Below are positions 49,821-59,753 of a stretch of 64,000 nucleotides of DNA, one piece after another (positions within the stretch are counted from its first letter, which is position 1; every line of letters starts with the position of its first letter). The DNA comes from an uncultured Clostridia bacterium (GTDB taxonomy: Bacteria; Bacillota; Clostridia; Christensenellales; Aristaeellaceae). The notes beneath the pieces are model-generated. The model worked only from the letters and a program-made list of their open reading frames with translations, did no database searches and was not told the origin of the DNA. The position numbers were made by a program, and so were the translations under genes. The stretch lies in assembly GCA_934663625.1 (NCBI GenBank), contig CAKUKP010000002.1, forward strand, positions 726 to 64,725. Reading direction: 5' to 3'.

Positions 49821-50369
49821 TTATTCCGCGCGGGCGCTTTCCACCTCGGCAGCGGCAAAGCACGAAGATAATTTGTATTGCGCAAGCGCCGATGCAAAAA
49901 TACCCAGCGCCGCGGCGAGATATACGATATCCCGCGCCGTTTCCCCATATGCGATCGCATACGGGATGTGCGCAAGCGCCGATATTCCGGATAGAATCAT
50001 GGCAAAGATCGGGCATCTGCGCGTGCGCGACGCGATGTGATCATTGGTTTCGCGGGTGAATTTTTCCTTCGCCAGCATCAGATTTACCGCGCCCGCGCAG
50101 ATCAGAAACACCGGCGGCAGCAAAAAGGCGAAGGGCACCATCACATAGAAAACGCGGCTGCAGCCGGCGTTGGTAAACAGCGCCATCAGAATCAGCGCAG
50201 CCTGTGCCGCCGCCAGAGCGGCAAACGAACGTGCGCAAAGGCGCACCCGTTCCCAATTTTCCGTAAACGCGTGGTAGCTTCCGCAGTACACCGCAACGGT
50301 GCGCTTCTTTCCGTTTTTGCCGGTTACATTTTCCATCCGGTAATCCTTCAGATATTTGCGCATGCCCAT
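49821..50369 (-). CDS. Hypothetical membrane protein
   Basis: Start at the ATG at 50369, 7 nt after GGAGG. Four predicted hydrophobic helices; no recognisable motif. Confidence 0.5.
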   Translation of the reverse strand: MGMRKYLKDYRMENVTGKNGKKRTVAVYCGSYHAFTENWERVRLCARSFAALAAAQAALILMALFTNAGCSRVFYVMVPFAFLLPPVFLICAGAVNLMLAKEKFTRETNDHIASRTRRCPIFAMILSGISALAHIPYAIAYGETARDIVYLAAALGIFASALAQYKLSSCFAAAEVESARAE

Positions 50370-50560
50370 CGCGGAGTCCTCCCCTCTTATACGCATATAT
50401 ATAGTCTTATTCATTATACTCCAAATAATATGATTTCTCAATATGCAAAACAAAAATTCTTCGGCGGAAATTTCAACAAAAAAGGTGCAAAATGCCATCT
50501 CGCCCCGTATTTTTTGGGCGAAGTGATATTCATACGGCGGTTTCGCCGCAGGCGGGGCGA

Positions 50561-50594
50561 TAAAAAGCCGTCCGGGCGACATCGCCCGAACGGC
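50561..50594 (-). terminator. Intrinsic terminator after the DinD-like gene
   Basis: Minus strand GCCGUUCGGGCGA-UG-UCGCCCGGACGGC followed by UUUUUAUC. Confidence 0.8.
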
Positions 50595-50608
50595 GCAGTT
50601 TGATGCAA

Positions 50609-51472
50609 TTAATCTTCCAATTCCTTTTGCCTGCGCGCTTCCAGATGTTTGTAATTTTCGCCGGTCGCCACCCTGCGTCCGGTCTGCGCCTCCAGATTGC
50701 GGCGCGCATCTCCGGCAATCTTGCCGCCGCGCTGGGCGGCGTCGCGGTTTTCGGGCATTCCCTGCGCATCGGTGTTGCGCGCGATTTCTTTGGTCGCCGC
50801 CTCGCCAAGCTCGGTGAACAGCAGTTCAAGCGTGGTCATGTGGTCGCGCAGATTTTCATTCTTCAATCCCTTCAGCCGCTTGTATTCGGCGGGCGTCATG
50901 CCGAAGGTCGCCTTGCTGATATCGGCGGTCAGAATCGCGTAATCGCTCTGCGTTTCAACGCCGCGCTTCTTCCATTCCTCGGTAAGTTCGGCGCGGGTCG
51001 CGATCCCGCGGGCGCGCAGCGCGATCCAATCATCCGGATAGCCCTTTTTGCGGTACAGCTCCTGCGCGCGCTGAGCGGCGATTTCCGGATCGGAAATTTC
51101 GCGAATGCGCTCCGCGCCGATCGCGGCGAGCCAGCGCTTGAACGGCTCCGCCTTCGGCGAGGGGATGGATTGAATGATGCGCAGAAGCTGCTCCGTATCG
51201 GCGCAGTCGGTCTTATAGGTTTTTCCATCCTTGGGCGAGCGCATTTTCAGTTGGTTACAATTTGTAACCAACTCTGCAGCGCCTTCTTTTTTAAGCCGAT
51301 TCTTCAATACGCGCCAATAATTGCGCGCGCCATCGTAGTTCGGTTGATCCGTCAAAACGCTAACCACGTCCACGACCGAAAAATACCATTTTTCGTCCTG
51401 CCACGTGCGGCGAATCTCTTTCTGTTCAAAGAGGGCGACCCTGTTTTCTTCTGTTTTTCGATTTTCTTTCAT
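50609..51472 (-). CDS. DinD-like DNA-damage-inducible protein with Bro-N-like N-terminal domain
   Basis: N-terminal ..FEQKEIRRTWQDEKWYFSVVDVVSVLTD.. (Bro-N-like). The C-terminal ..FGMTPAEYKRLKGLKNENLRDHMTTLELLF..ATKEI.. resembles E. coli DinD as I recall it. Confidence 0.65.
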   Translation of the reverse strand: MKENRKTEENRVALFEQKEIRRTWQDEKWYFSVVDVVSVLTDQPNYDGARNYWRVLKNRLKKEGAAELVTNCNQLKMRSPKDGKTYKTDCADTEQLLRIIQSIPSPKAEPFKRWLAAIGAERIREISDPEIAAQRAQELYRKKGYPDDWIALRARGIATRAELTEEWKKRGVETQSDYAILTADISKATFGMTPAEYKRLKGLKNENLRDHMTTLELLFTELGEAATKEIARNTDAQGMPENRDAAQRGGKIAGDARRNLEAQTGRRVATGENYKHLEARRQKELED

Positions 51473-51630
51473 CTTCTGTACCTCGCTTCCGGTTGATCCG
51501 CCGAATCATGCATCTCCATTTCCGCAGTCGTTCGTTTCCATTATCATAACACAATTCATTCGAAAATGCAACCGTATTCTTTCGTGTACACAAGCAAAAT
51601 CGTTTTGTCCGGCCGCCCTCCACGCTTTCT

Positions 51631-52563
51631 TCAATCCGCAAACAGCGGCGTGGAAAGATAGCGATCTCCGGTATCGGGCAGCAGGGCGACGATGGTCTTG
51701 CCGCGGTTCTCCGTCCGCTTTGCCAGCTGAATCGCAGCCCACACGGCGGCGCCGGAGGAAATGCCCACCAGCACGCCTTCCTTCCTGCCGATCAGCCGTC
51801 CGGCGGCAAACGCGTCCTCGTTGGCGACAGGGATGATTTCATCGTAGACCGCCGTATCCAGCACATCGGGCACAAAGCCCGCGCCGATGCCCTGAATCTT
51901 ATGGCCGCCCGCCGCGCCGCCGCTCAGCACAGGCGATGAAGCCGGTTCTACCGCCACTACCTTTACAACGGGGTTCTGCTGCTTCAGATATTCGCCGACG
52001 CCGGTGATGGTGCCGCCGGTGCCCACGCCCGCCACGAAGATATCTACCTTGCCATCCGTATCCGCCCAGATTTCGGGGCCGGTCGTCGCCCGATGCGCGG
52101 CGGGATTGGCGGGATTTACAAACTGGCCGGGGATGAAGCTGTTCGGAATCTCCCGCGCCAGCTCCTCCGCCCGCGCGATCGCGCCCTTCATGCCCTTCGC
52201 GCCCTCGGTCAGCACCAGCTCCGCGCCATACGCCTTCATCAGCTGGCGGCGCTCCACGCTCATGCTGTCCGGCATGACGATGATGATCCGATAGCCGCGC
52301 GCCGCCGCCACGGAGGCCAGCCCGATGCCCGTATTGCCGGAGGTCGGTTCAATGATCACAGCGCCCGGCTTCAGCAGCCCCTTCTGTTCCGCATCGTCGA
52401 TCATCGCTTTGGCGATGCGATCCTTCACGCTGCCCGCGGGATTCAGATATTCCAGCTTGCCCAGAATTCTTGCTTCCAGACCCTCGGTTCGTTCAATGTG
52501 CGTCAGCTCCAGCAAGGGGGTGTTTCCGATCAGTTGATCCGCAGATGTATAGATTTTACGCAT
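51631..52563 (-). CDS. cysK: Cysteine synthase A (O-acetylserine sulfhydrylase)
   Basis: ..[10 protein letters not shown].., NPAGSVKDR (PLP lysine), [10 protein letters not shown], ..GTGGTITG. Confidence 0.95.
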   Translation of the reverse strand: MRKIYTSADQLIGNTPLLELTHIERTEGLEARILGKLEYLNPAGSVKDRIAKAMIDDAEQKGLLKPGAVIIEPTSGNTGIGLASVAAARGYRIIIVMPDSMSVERRQLMKAYGAELVLTEGAKGMKGAIARAEELAREIPNSFIPGQFVNPANPAAHRATTGPEIWADTDGKVDIFVAGVGTGGTITGVGEYLKQQNPVVKVVAVEPASSPVLSGGAAGGHKIQGIGAGFVPDVLDTAVYDEIIPVANEDAFAAGRLIGRKEGVLVGISSGAAVWAAIQLAKRTENRGKTIVALLPDTGDRYLSTPLFAD

Positions 52564-52729
52564 AATATTGCTCCTCTCAAATGTTCATCGCTGTGATTTT
52601 ATGATTTATGCGCAGCGGCAACATCGAAAGTCCGGACGGAAAATCATTTCTATTACCAACCTTTCTTATAGGTTTATATGCATTATAAGGACTCTCTCTC
52701 CGTTTGTCAATAGCTTTTGCGAAATTTTA

Positions 52730-52758
52730 TTGATTTACCCATTTCCCTGTTGTATAAT
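52730..52758 (+). promoter_or_regulatory. Sigma-A type promoter (TTGATT-17-TATAAT) of the Rrf2 regulator gene
   Basis: -35 at 52730-52735, -10 at 52753-52758. Divergent from cysK. Confidence 0.55.
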
Positions 52759-52785
52759 AGGTTTGATCTTGAAGGAGGGATAACC

Positions 52786-53217
52786 ATGCTGATTTCAACC
52801 AAGGGACGTTACGCGCTTCGGGTTATGATCGATCTGGCGGAGCACCCGGACGACGGCTATATTCCTCTGAAGGTAATTGCGCAGCGGCAGGACATTTCCG
52901 AAAAATATCTGGAAAGCATCATCAAGCTGCTGGTCAAAGCGAAGCTGGTCAGCGGTCTGCGGGGAAAGGGCGGCGGCTATCAGTTAACCAAAGCGCCGGA
53001 ACAATATACCGTGGGCAGCATTCTGCGCATCACGGAAGATACCCTCTCGCCCGTCGCCTGTCTGGAGCCGAACGCGGAAGCCTGTCCCCGCGCGGCGGAC
53101 TGCCGCACGCTCGCCCTCTGGAAGGGGCTGGATAAGGTCATCAGCGATTACCTGAATAACTACACCCTCGCCGATCTGATGCACCGCGATCCGGAGGGAT
53201 ATGATTATGTGATTTAA
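52786..53217 (+). CDS. Rrf2 family transcriptional regulator (CymR-like by context)
   Basis: MLISTKGRYALRVMIDLAEHP.. Rrf2 wHTH, three Cys in the C-terminal part. Divergent from cysK. ATG at 52786 after GAAGGAGGG. Confidence 0.85.
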   Translation: MLISTKGRYALRVMIDLAEHPDDGYIPLKVIAQRQDISEKYLESIIKLLVKAKLVSGLRGKGGGYQLTKAPEQYTVGSILRITEDTLSPVACLEPNAEACPRAADCRTLALWKGLDKVISDYLNNYTLADLMHRDPEGYDYVI

Positions 53218-53278
53218 AAAGGAGCCGTGAAAAACGTTAACTCGCTTTTCATGGCTCCTGACTTTATGCATTCAACCG

Positions 53279-55060
53279 TCATGCCGCCTGATCGAACTGG
53301 CTGTTGTAGAGATCGGCGTAGAAGCCGCCCTTTTGCATCAGTTCATCGTGCGTGCCGCTTTCGATTACATCGCCATCGCGCATGACCAGAATCAGATCGG
53401 CGTTTTTGATGGTGGACAGGCGATGGGCGATTACGAAGCTGGTGCGATCGTGCGTAAGTTCATCCATCGCGCGCTGAATCAGCAGTTCGGTGCGGGTATC
53501 GACGGAGGAAGTGGCTTCATCAAGAATCAGCATCGGCGCGTTTTGCAGCATCGCGCGGGCGATGGTCAGAAGCTGCTTCTGTCCGGCGGAGATGGACGTG
53601 CTATCGGACAGCACCGTATCAAAGCCGTTCGGCAGCGCGTGGACGAACTTATCCAGCCCGCAGGCTCGGCACACGGTTTCCAGCTGATCATCAGTAATGC
53701 CCTGCATATTGTAAACCAGATTTTCGCGCACGGTGCCCTCGAACAGCCAGGTATCCTGCAATACCATGCTGAACAGGCTGTGCACATCCTCGCGGCGCAT
53801 ATCGGAGGTCTTTACGCCGTCGATGGAAATGCTGCCCGCGTTGATTTCGAAAAAGCGCATCAGCAGGTTGACCATCGTGGTTTTGCCCGCGCCGGTGGGG
53901 CCGACGATCGCCACCTTCTGGCCGGGCTGCACCACAGCGGAGAAATCCCTGATGACCACCTTATCGGGCGCATCCGGATAGCTGAAGCGCACGTGATCAA
54001 AGGTAACCTGTCCGCGGGTCTGAATCGCATGCGCGGGTTTATTGCTCTCATCGGAAAGCTCCTCGCTCTCCAGAAAATCGAAGATGCGATGCGCCGACGC
54101 CGCAGCCGTCTGCAAATTGGTCATGCCCTGCGCGATCTGCGTGAGCGGCGATGTGAACAGGCGAACGTACAGGATAAAGGATACGATCACGCCGAATTCG
54201 ATGGTTCCATTCATCGCCAGCAGCGATCCCACCACGCACACCGCCACATAGGAGATATTGCCGATGACGTTCATCAGCGGCTGCATCACGCCGGACAGGA
54301 ACTGGGAGCGCCAGTTGGCGTCGTATACATCGGCGTTCAGCCGGTCGAAGCGTTCGCCCACGCCGCGTTCGGCGCGGCTGATGCGCACGACCTCGTGACC
54401 GGAATACATTTCCTCCACATAGCCGTTCAATTCGCCCAGACTCTTCTGCCGCGCGGCGAAGTACCGCTGGGATCTGGACATAATCAGCACCAGCGCCGCC
54501 ATGCCGAAGAGCGTTATGCACAGCGCGATCAGCGCCAGCCGCCATTCGGTGAAAAACATCATGATCAGACAACCGATGAACTGCGTCGCCGCGCTGATGA
54601 TCGTGGGCAGGCTGTTGGTCAATCCCTGCTGCAGGGTGGATACATCGTTGGTGATGCGGCTTAATATATCGCCCTGCGATGTGGTATTGAAGGTTTTCTG
54701 CGGCACGCGGTTGATCTTTTCAGAAAGCTCACCGCGCATTTTATAGGAAGTTTTCAGCGTGACCACAGACATAATATAATGCTGCGCAAAGCCGAACAGC
54801 GCGCTGAGCCCGTAGATCACCGCCAGAAATATGCCCACCTTCGCAATGGCGGTCAGATCGATGCCGGTCGTAAGTCCATCGGACATGATCGTCGCCATAT
54901 CGCCGATTTTGTTCGGGCCGATGATCGTCATCACAGCGCTGAGCGCCGCCAGCACCAGCGCGAAGATAATTATGCCCATGCTGGAGCGCAGATAGCCGGT
55001 CATGCGCGGCAGTGCGGTGCGGATATCGCCCTTTTCCTGCGTTTTATTTCTCATCATCAT
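53279..55060 (-). CDS. ABC exporter, fused permease/ATPase (MDR type)
   Basis: Six-TM N-domain, Walker A GPTGAGKTT, signature ISAGQKQLL, Walker B MLILDEAT. Confidence 0.9.
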   Translation of the reverse strand: MMMRNKTQEKGDIRTALPRMTGYLRSSMGIIIFALVLAALSAVMTIIGPNKIGDMATIMSDGLTTGIDLTAIAKVGIFLAVIYGLSALFGFAQHYIMSVVTLKTSYKMRGELSEKINRVPQKTFNTTSQGDILSRITNDVSTLQQGLTNSLPTIISAATQFIGCLIMMFFTEWRLALIALCITLFGMAALVLIMSRSQRYFAARQKSLGELNGYVEEMYSGHEVVRISRAERGVGERFDRLNADVYDANWRSQFLSGVMQPLMNVIGNISYVAVCVVGSLLAMNGTIEFGVIVSFILYVRLFTSPLTQIAQGMTNLQTAAASAHRIFDFLESEELSDESNKPAHAIQTRGQVTFDHVRFSYPDAPDKVVIRDFSAVVQPGQKVAIVGPTGAGKTTMVNLLMRFFEINAGSISIDGVKTSDMRREDVHSLFSMVLQDTWLFEGTVRENLVYNMQGITDDQLETVCRACGLDKFVHALPNGFDTVLSDSTSISAGQKQLLTIARAMLQNAPMLILDEATSSVDTRTELLIQRAMDELTHDRTSFVIAHRLSTIKNADLILVMRDGDVIESGTHDELMQKGGFYADLYNSQFDQAA

Positions 55061-55081
55061 AATGCGTTCCTCCCTTCGGCC

Positions 55082-56836
55082 TTATGCCAACTCCGCGGCG
55101 CTGAGCTGGGACATGGCAATTTCGCGGTAGACCGCGCAGTTCTGCATCAATTCGTCGTGCGTGCCCATCCCCACCGCTTCGCCGCGATCCAGCACGATGA
55201 TCTGATCCGCGTAGCGGATGGTACTGATGCGCTGAGCGACGATGATCTTCGTGGTATCGCGCAGCTGTCTGGAAAGCCCTTCGCGGAGCTTTGCATCGGT
55301 GCGGTAATCCAGCGCGGAGAAGGAATCATCGAAGATCAGAATCTCCGGCTTGCGCGCCAGTGCGCGGGCGATGGACAGGCGCTGCTTCTGGCCGCCGGAT
55401 ACGTTGCGACCCATCTGGGCGATGCGATGCGCCGCGCCCTCCGGCAGCTTATCCACAAATTCCTTCGCCTGTGAAAGTTCGATGGCGGCGTTCAGATCGT
55501 TTTCGTCCTGTTGGGCGGCGCTTTCGCCGAAGAACACATTTTCCCGAATGGAACCGGAGAACAGCACCGCCTTCTGCGTGACGTAGCCCAGCTTATCGTA
55601 GAGCGCATCGAAGGTATAATCCTTTACGTTCACGCCGTCCACCAGCACTTCGCCGCCGGTGGCATCGTAGAAGCGGGGAATCAGGCTGATCAGCGTGGAT
55701 TTGCCGCTGCCGGTCGCGCCGATGATCGCGAGCGTCTGCCCCTTTTCCACCTTGAAGGATACATCGTTCAGCGCGTCCGCGGATGCGTGAGGATAGCGGA
55801 AGGATACGTTTTTGAATTCAATCGTGCCGGTTTCGGGCGCGGATACCGCCGCGCCCTCGGCGATGGACGCTTTGCGATCCAGCACTTCGTTGATGCGCTC
55901 GGCGGATACCTGCGCCTGCGGCAGCAGCATGAAGATCATCACCAGCATCATAAACGACATCACGATGTAAGTGGCGTAGGTGCTGAACACCAGTACATTG
56001 CTGAACAGGCTCAGCCTGCCCATCGGATCGGTGAGCGCGATTTTGTTGATCAGCGCCGCGCCCAGCCAGTAAATCGCCAGCGCCAGACCGTTCATGCCCA
56101 GCATCATCGTGGGCTGCACCAGCGAAAACAGCTTCTGATTCTTCATCTGCACGTTCATCATGTCCAGGCTGGGCTTGCTGAATTTATCGTTCTGATAGGC
56201 TTCGGCATTGAAGGCATGCACCACGTTGATGCCGGTCAGATTTTCGCGGGCGACGCGGTTGATGCTGTCGGTCAGCTTCTGCACGATGCGGAAGCGGGGA
56301 ATGCAGGTGGCCATCACCATAAAGATCGTGGCGCAGATCGCCAATACGAAGCCCGCCGTTACCGCGGAAAGCTCCCAGCTCTTGCCCAGAATCTTGACAA
56401 CGCCCCAAACCGCCATGATCGGCGCCTTGATCATCATCTGCAGGCCCATCGCCACGATCATCTGAATCTGGGTAATATCATTCGTAGTGCGGGTAATCAG
56501 GCTCGGCACGGAAAAATCGGACATTTCCTCCTGCCCGATTTCCATCACATGATGGAATACCTTGCCGCGCACGGTGTAGCTGAAGCCGGACGCGGTCTTC
56601 GCCGCCAGATAGCCGCAGATCACCGCCAGCAGCGCGCTGACCAGCGTGCAGCCCAGCATTTTCAGACCGACGTTCCAGATATCGCCCGACGCGCCGGAGG
56701 TTTTGATCAGCATGGTCAGCTCCGTCATGTAATCGGGCAGGCGCAGGTCGAAATACACCTGACCTACGACGAACGCGGCGCAGATCAGCGTCATCAGCTT
56801 TTCCTTCCGCCGCATGTTCTTCAATAGTTTCAACAT
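55082..56836 (-). CDS. ABC exporter, fused permease/ATPase (MDR type)
   Basis: Walker A GATGSGKST, signature VSGGQKQRL, Walker B ILIFDDSF. Likely heterodimer partner of 53279-55060. Confidence 0.9.
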   Translation of the reverse strand: MLKLLKNMRRKEKLMTLICAAFVVGQVYFDLRLPDYMTELTMLIKTSGASGDIWNVGLKMLGCTLVSALLAVICGYLAAKTASGFSYTVRGKVFHHVMEIGQEEMSDFSVPSLITRTTNDITQIQMIVAMGLQMMIKAPIMAVWGVVKILGKSWELSAVTAGFVLAICATIFMVMATCIPRFRIVQKLTDSINRVARENLTGINVVHAFNAEAYQNDKFSKPSLDMMNVQMKNQKLFSLVQPTMMLGMNGLALAIYWLGAALINKIALTDPMGRLSLFSNVLVFSTYATYIVMSFMMLVMIFMLLPQAQVSAERINEVLDRKASIAEGAAVSAPETGTIEFKNVSFRYPHASADALNDVSFKVEKGQTLAIIGATGSGKSTLISLIPRFYDATGGEVLVDGVNVKDYTFDALYDKLGYVTQKAVLFSGSIRENVFFGESAAQQDENDLNAAIELSQAKEFVDKLPEGAAHRIAQMGRNVSGGQKQRLSIARALARKPEILIFDDSFSALDYRTDAKLREGLSRQLRDTTKIIVAQRISTIRYADQIIVLDRGEAVGMGTHDELMQNCAVYREIAMSQLSAAELA

Positions 56837-56850
56837 AGCGATTTTCTCCT

Positions 56851-57306
56851 TTACAGGCCGTTTTTGCGAATTTCTTCGATGTTGTTATCCAACAGGGTCA
56901 TCGCCTTGTGCAGGGCTTCCCGATCGGCGTCGCTCATGCCCAGCGTCAGCCGTTCGGAAAACTGCTTTTGCAGATCTCTGCCGTGTTCGATCAGCGACCG
57001 CGCCCGTTCGGTGCAGATCAGCAGCGTCTGCCGCCGGTCGCCCGGCACCTCCTGCCGCTGCAGATAGCCTTCGCCAACCAGCCGTTCCACATGCACCGAT
57101 ACGATGCTGGGTTTCATGCCGCGGTATTTGCAGATGTTTTTGGCGGTGGCGTATTCGGGGTTGTTTGCGGCGAACATCAGAATATCCACCGCCAGCGGCG
57201 GCAGACCGCTTTCACGGCACAGCGGCTGAAGCACGCGGTGGTAGGCTTCAATGAAGCGGGCGGCGTTGCTGAAAACCCGAATCGGGGTAATCCCTGTATC
57301 AAGCAT
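56851..57306 (-). CDS. MarR family transcriptional regulator
   Basis: 151 aa with a wHTH pattern (..NICKYRGMKPSIVSVHVERLVGEGYLQRQEVPGDRR..). First gene of the exporter operon. Confidence 0.85.
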   Translation of the reverse strand: MLDTGITPIRVFSNAARFIEAYHRVLQPLCRESGLPPLAVDILMFAANNPEYATAKNICKYRGMKPSIVSVHVERLVGEGYLQRQEVPGDRRQTLLICTERARSLIEHGRDLQKQFSERLTLGMSDADREALHKAMTLLDNNIEEIRKNGL

Positions 57307-57554
57307 GGTAAACCTCCAATTTCAAATAGTTCAATATTGGAATATCTAGAATTATATCATTCGAATTTAAAATGTCAACGCCCGATTCGGTAAACAATTT
57401 ATGAACGCGCGCAGCCGGGGCACGCAAAATCACGGTTTACTTTCATGCTAATTTCGGATACAATATTCGCAGGAACGGAGTGCATGAATGCGCCGGAGAA
57501 TGCCTGAAGGCCATCGTGCTTCGGCATCGCGGACGGCGGGAAAGGAAACGAGGC

Positions 57555-58400
57555 ATGAAAACAGGATTGATACTGGAGGGCGGCGCCATGCGCGGGTTAT
57601 TCAGCGCGGGCGTGATGGACGTTATGTACGAAAACGGCATCCGGTTTGATGGTATCATCGGCGTTTCCGCGGGGGCGGCGTTCGGCGTGAATTACAAATC
57701 GGGGCAAATCGGGCGGGTGATCCGGTACAACGCAAAATATTGTCGGGACAGACGCTATTGCGGCGTCGGTTCGCTGCTGAAAACGGGAAACCTTTTCAAT
57801 ACGGCGTTCTGCTACGGCGAAGTGCCGCTGAAGCTGGACGTATTTGATTTTGACGCCTTTGAAAGCGATCCGGCCGCGTTTTATATTACCTGTACGGATG
57901 TAGAGCGCGGGCAGCCGGTTTACCACGAATACCGCGGGCGAAACGACCACGGCTTCGATTGGATTCGCGCATCCGCATCGCTCCCGCTGGTTTCGCAGAT
58001 CGTAGAAATCGACGGCATGAAGCTGCTCGACGGCGGGATAACGGATTCCATCCCCGCCGCATGGTTTGAAAGCGCCGGTTACACGAAAAACGTGGCGATT
58101 CTGACGCAGCCCGAAGGCTATCGGAAGGAGAAAAACCGGATGCTTCCGCTGATTCGCATGAAGTACCGGAAATATCCAAAGCTCGTCCGCGCGTTGGAAA
58201 ATCGCCATCTGATGTACAATGCGGAATTGGATTTCATCCGGATGCGGGAAGAACAGGGCGGACTTTTCGTCATCCGTCCCGATTCGCCGCTGCCGGTAAA
58301 GCGCGTGGAAAAGGATCCCGACAAATTGAAGACCTGCTATGAAATCGGCAGGCGGATCGCCGAAAGGGAGCTTGCGCGGCTCCGCGCGTATATGCAATGA
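57555..58400 (+). CDS. Patatin-like phospholipase
   Basis: MKTGLILEGGAMRGLFSAGV (oxyanion GGxxRG), GVSAGA (GxSxG), ..LLDGGITDSIP (DG). ATG at 57555. Confidence 0.85.
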   Translation: MKTGLILEGGAMRGLFSAGVMDVMYENGIRFDGIIGVSAGAAFGVNYKSGQIGRVIRYNAKYCRDRRYCGVGSLLKTGNLFNTAFCYGEVPLKLDVFDFDAFESDPAAFYITCTDVERGQPVYHEYRGRNDHGFDWIRASASLPLVSQIVEIDGMKLLDGGITDSIPAAWFESAGYTKNVAILTQPEGYRKEKNRMLPLIRMKYRKYPKLVRALENRHLMYNAELDFIRMREEQGGLFVIRPDSPLPVKRVEKDPDKLKTCYEIGRRIAERELARLRAYMQ

Positions 58401-58465
58401 GTGCGGATACACGATCGGGACTGTATTTCGGCGTTGGCAAATCGGGATTTAACGGGGGATTTGAA

Positions 58466-58885
58466 ATGAATATTGAAACCGCCAGAATGGTCATTCGTGA
58501 TTTTACCATGAATGATATAAACGATATGCAGGATATTTTGGGCGATGCTGAAACAATGAAGAATTACTGTCCGATTTTTGACTTGAGCTCCAATGAATTT
58601 ATTGGTTGCTGTGGACTGAGGCCATACAAGAAAAATCAATATGAAATGGGCTTTCATCTTCGTCCGAAGTACTGGGGAAAGGGATACGCAACGGAAGCAG
58701 CAAACGCTGTCATTGATTATGCTTTCCATCACTTTCATGCAGATGGATTATTTGCCGGCCATAATCCAAAGAATGTTGTTTCAAGAAAGGTATTATTAAA
58801 ACTTGGATTCGTGTATATTGGTGATAAATTTTACGCACCAACAGGCCTATATCATCCTTCTTATGACTTGAAGAATCTTTGCTAA
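58466..58885 (+). CDS. GNAT family N-acetyltransferase (short; possibly internally deleted)
   Basis: ..YWGKGYATEAANAVIDYAF.. acetyl-CoA-binding region. Only about 139 aa, with an unusually short segment between the N-terminal strand and the ..IGCCGL.. strand. Lies in a low-GC islet. Confidence 0.6.
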   Translation: MNIETARMVIRDFTMNDINDMQDILGDAETMKNYCPIFDLSSNEFIGCCGLRPYKKNQYEMGFHLRPKYWGKGYATEAANAVIDYAFHHFHADGLFAGHNPKNVVSRKVLLKLGFVYIGDKFYAPTGLYHPSYDLKNLC

Positions 58886-58907
58886 CTTCCGGTTTTCGGA
58901 GGTATTC

Positions 58908-59249
58908 ATGAAGATCATAAATCGAGAAAACGCGGAACACTACCGTTGGAAAACGGTATGCGATGGATGGCACTTTGTGAAATCTGACGCACTGAGCATC
59001 ATTGCAGAAAAAATGCCGCCGCATACGGAAGAGGATATGCACCTTCATCACAAATCGCGGCAGTTTTTCTATATTCTTTCGGGCGAAGCGGAAATGCGCC
59101 TTAGGGATGAAAGCGTGCGGCTGAGCGCGGGCGCCGGAATCGAAATCGCGCCCTTAGAAGCGCATCAGATGCGGAATGTATCCGATGCGGCGGTCGAATT
59201 CATGGTCGTTTCCATGCCGAAATCGCACGGCGATCGCGAACTGGTGTGA
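58908..59249 (+). CDS. Cupin domain protein
   Basis: 113 aa; ..HLHHKSRQFFYILSGEAEM.. and ..IEIAPLEAHQMRN cupin motifs. Confidence 0.7.
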   Translation: MKIINRENAEHYRWKTVCDGWHFVKSDALSIIAEKMPPHTEEDMHLHHKSRQFFYILSGEAEMRLRDESVRLSAGAGIEIAPLEAHQMRNVSDAAVEFMVVSMPKSHGDRELV

Positions 59250-59347
59250 ACACAGTTACAAAAAAGTGCGTACTTGTATATGCGCGCGCCGTGATGTAGA
59301 CTATAGGCACGCAAGGAACCTTGCAAATACATCCGGAGGATATCATC

Positions 59348-59701
59348 ATGGCAAACTACACAAAATGCAGCATTGGAAATGAAGGTCGCGTTGAGCTTCA
59401 CGATAAACTGGCACTGACCGGCGCGGAAATCAGCGTCAATCGGCTTCCCGCGGGCGCGGGCGTTCCGTTCGTACATTCCCACAAGAACAACGAAGAAATC
59501 TATGGCGTTCTTTCGGGCAGGGGAAAGGCGATAATCGACGGCGCAGAAGTTGCGCTCGCCGCCGGAGACTGGCTGAAGGTCGCGCCCGCCGCAAAGCGCC
59601 AGTTTTCCGCGGCGGAGGATACAGGGATCGAATTTATCTGCATTCAGGTGAAGGAAAATTCCCTCGACAGCTTTACCGCAGCGGACGCAATCGTATATTG
59701 A
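59348..59701 (+). CDS. Cupin domain protein
   Basis: ATG at 59348, 8 nt after GGAGGA. ..PFVHSHKNNEEIYGVLSGRG.. and ..WLKVAPAAKRQF cupin motifs. Confidence 0.7.
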   Translation: MANYTKCSIGNEGRVELHDKLALTGAEISVNRLPAGAGVPFVHSHKNNEEIYGVLSGRGKAIIDGAEVALAAGDWLKVAPAAKRQFSAAEDTGIEFICIQVKENSLDSFTAADAIVY

Positions 59702-59753
59702 TATATCGGGCAAAAGCCGGCGGCGGCCAAACGGTCGCCGCCGGCTTTATATC

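Noticed and set aside
51473-51560. LexA (GAAC-N4-GTTC type) box upstream of the DinD-like gene.
   Set aside because: A reasonable promoter (TTGCAT-17-TATGAT) is present. No convincing SOS box was found by eye, and CGAATGAATTGTGT is too degenerate.
57555-58400. Patatin-like phospholipase as an effector of a CBASS-type or other defence system.
   Set aside because: There is no cyclase, sensor, E1/E2-like or other defence partner adjacent. The neighbours are a MarR/ABC-exporter operon and a GNAT/cupin cluster.
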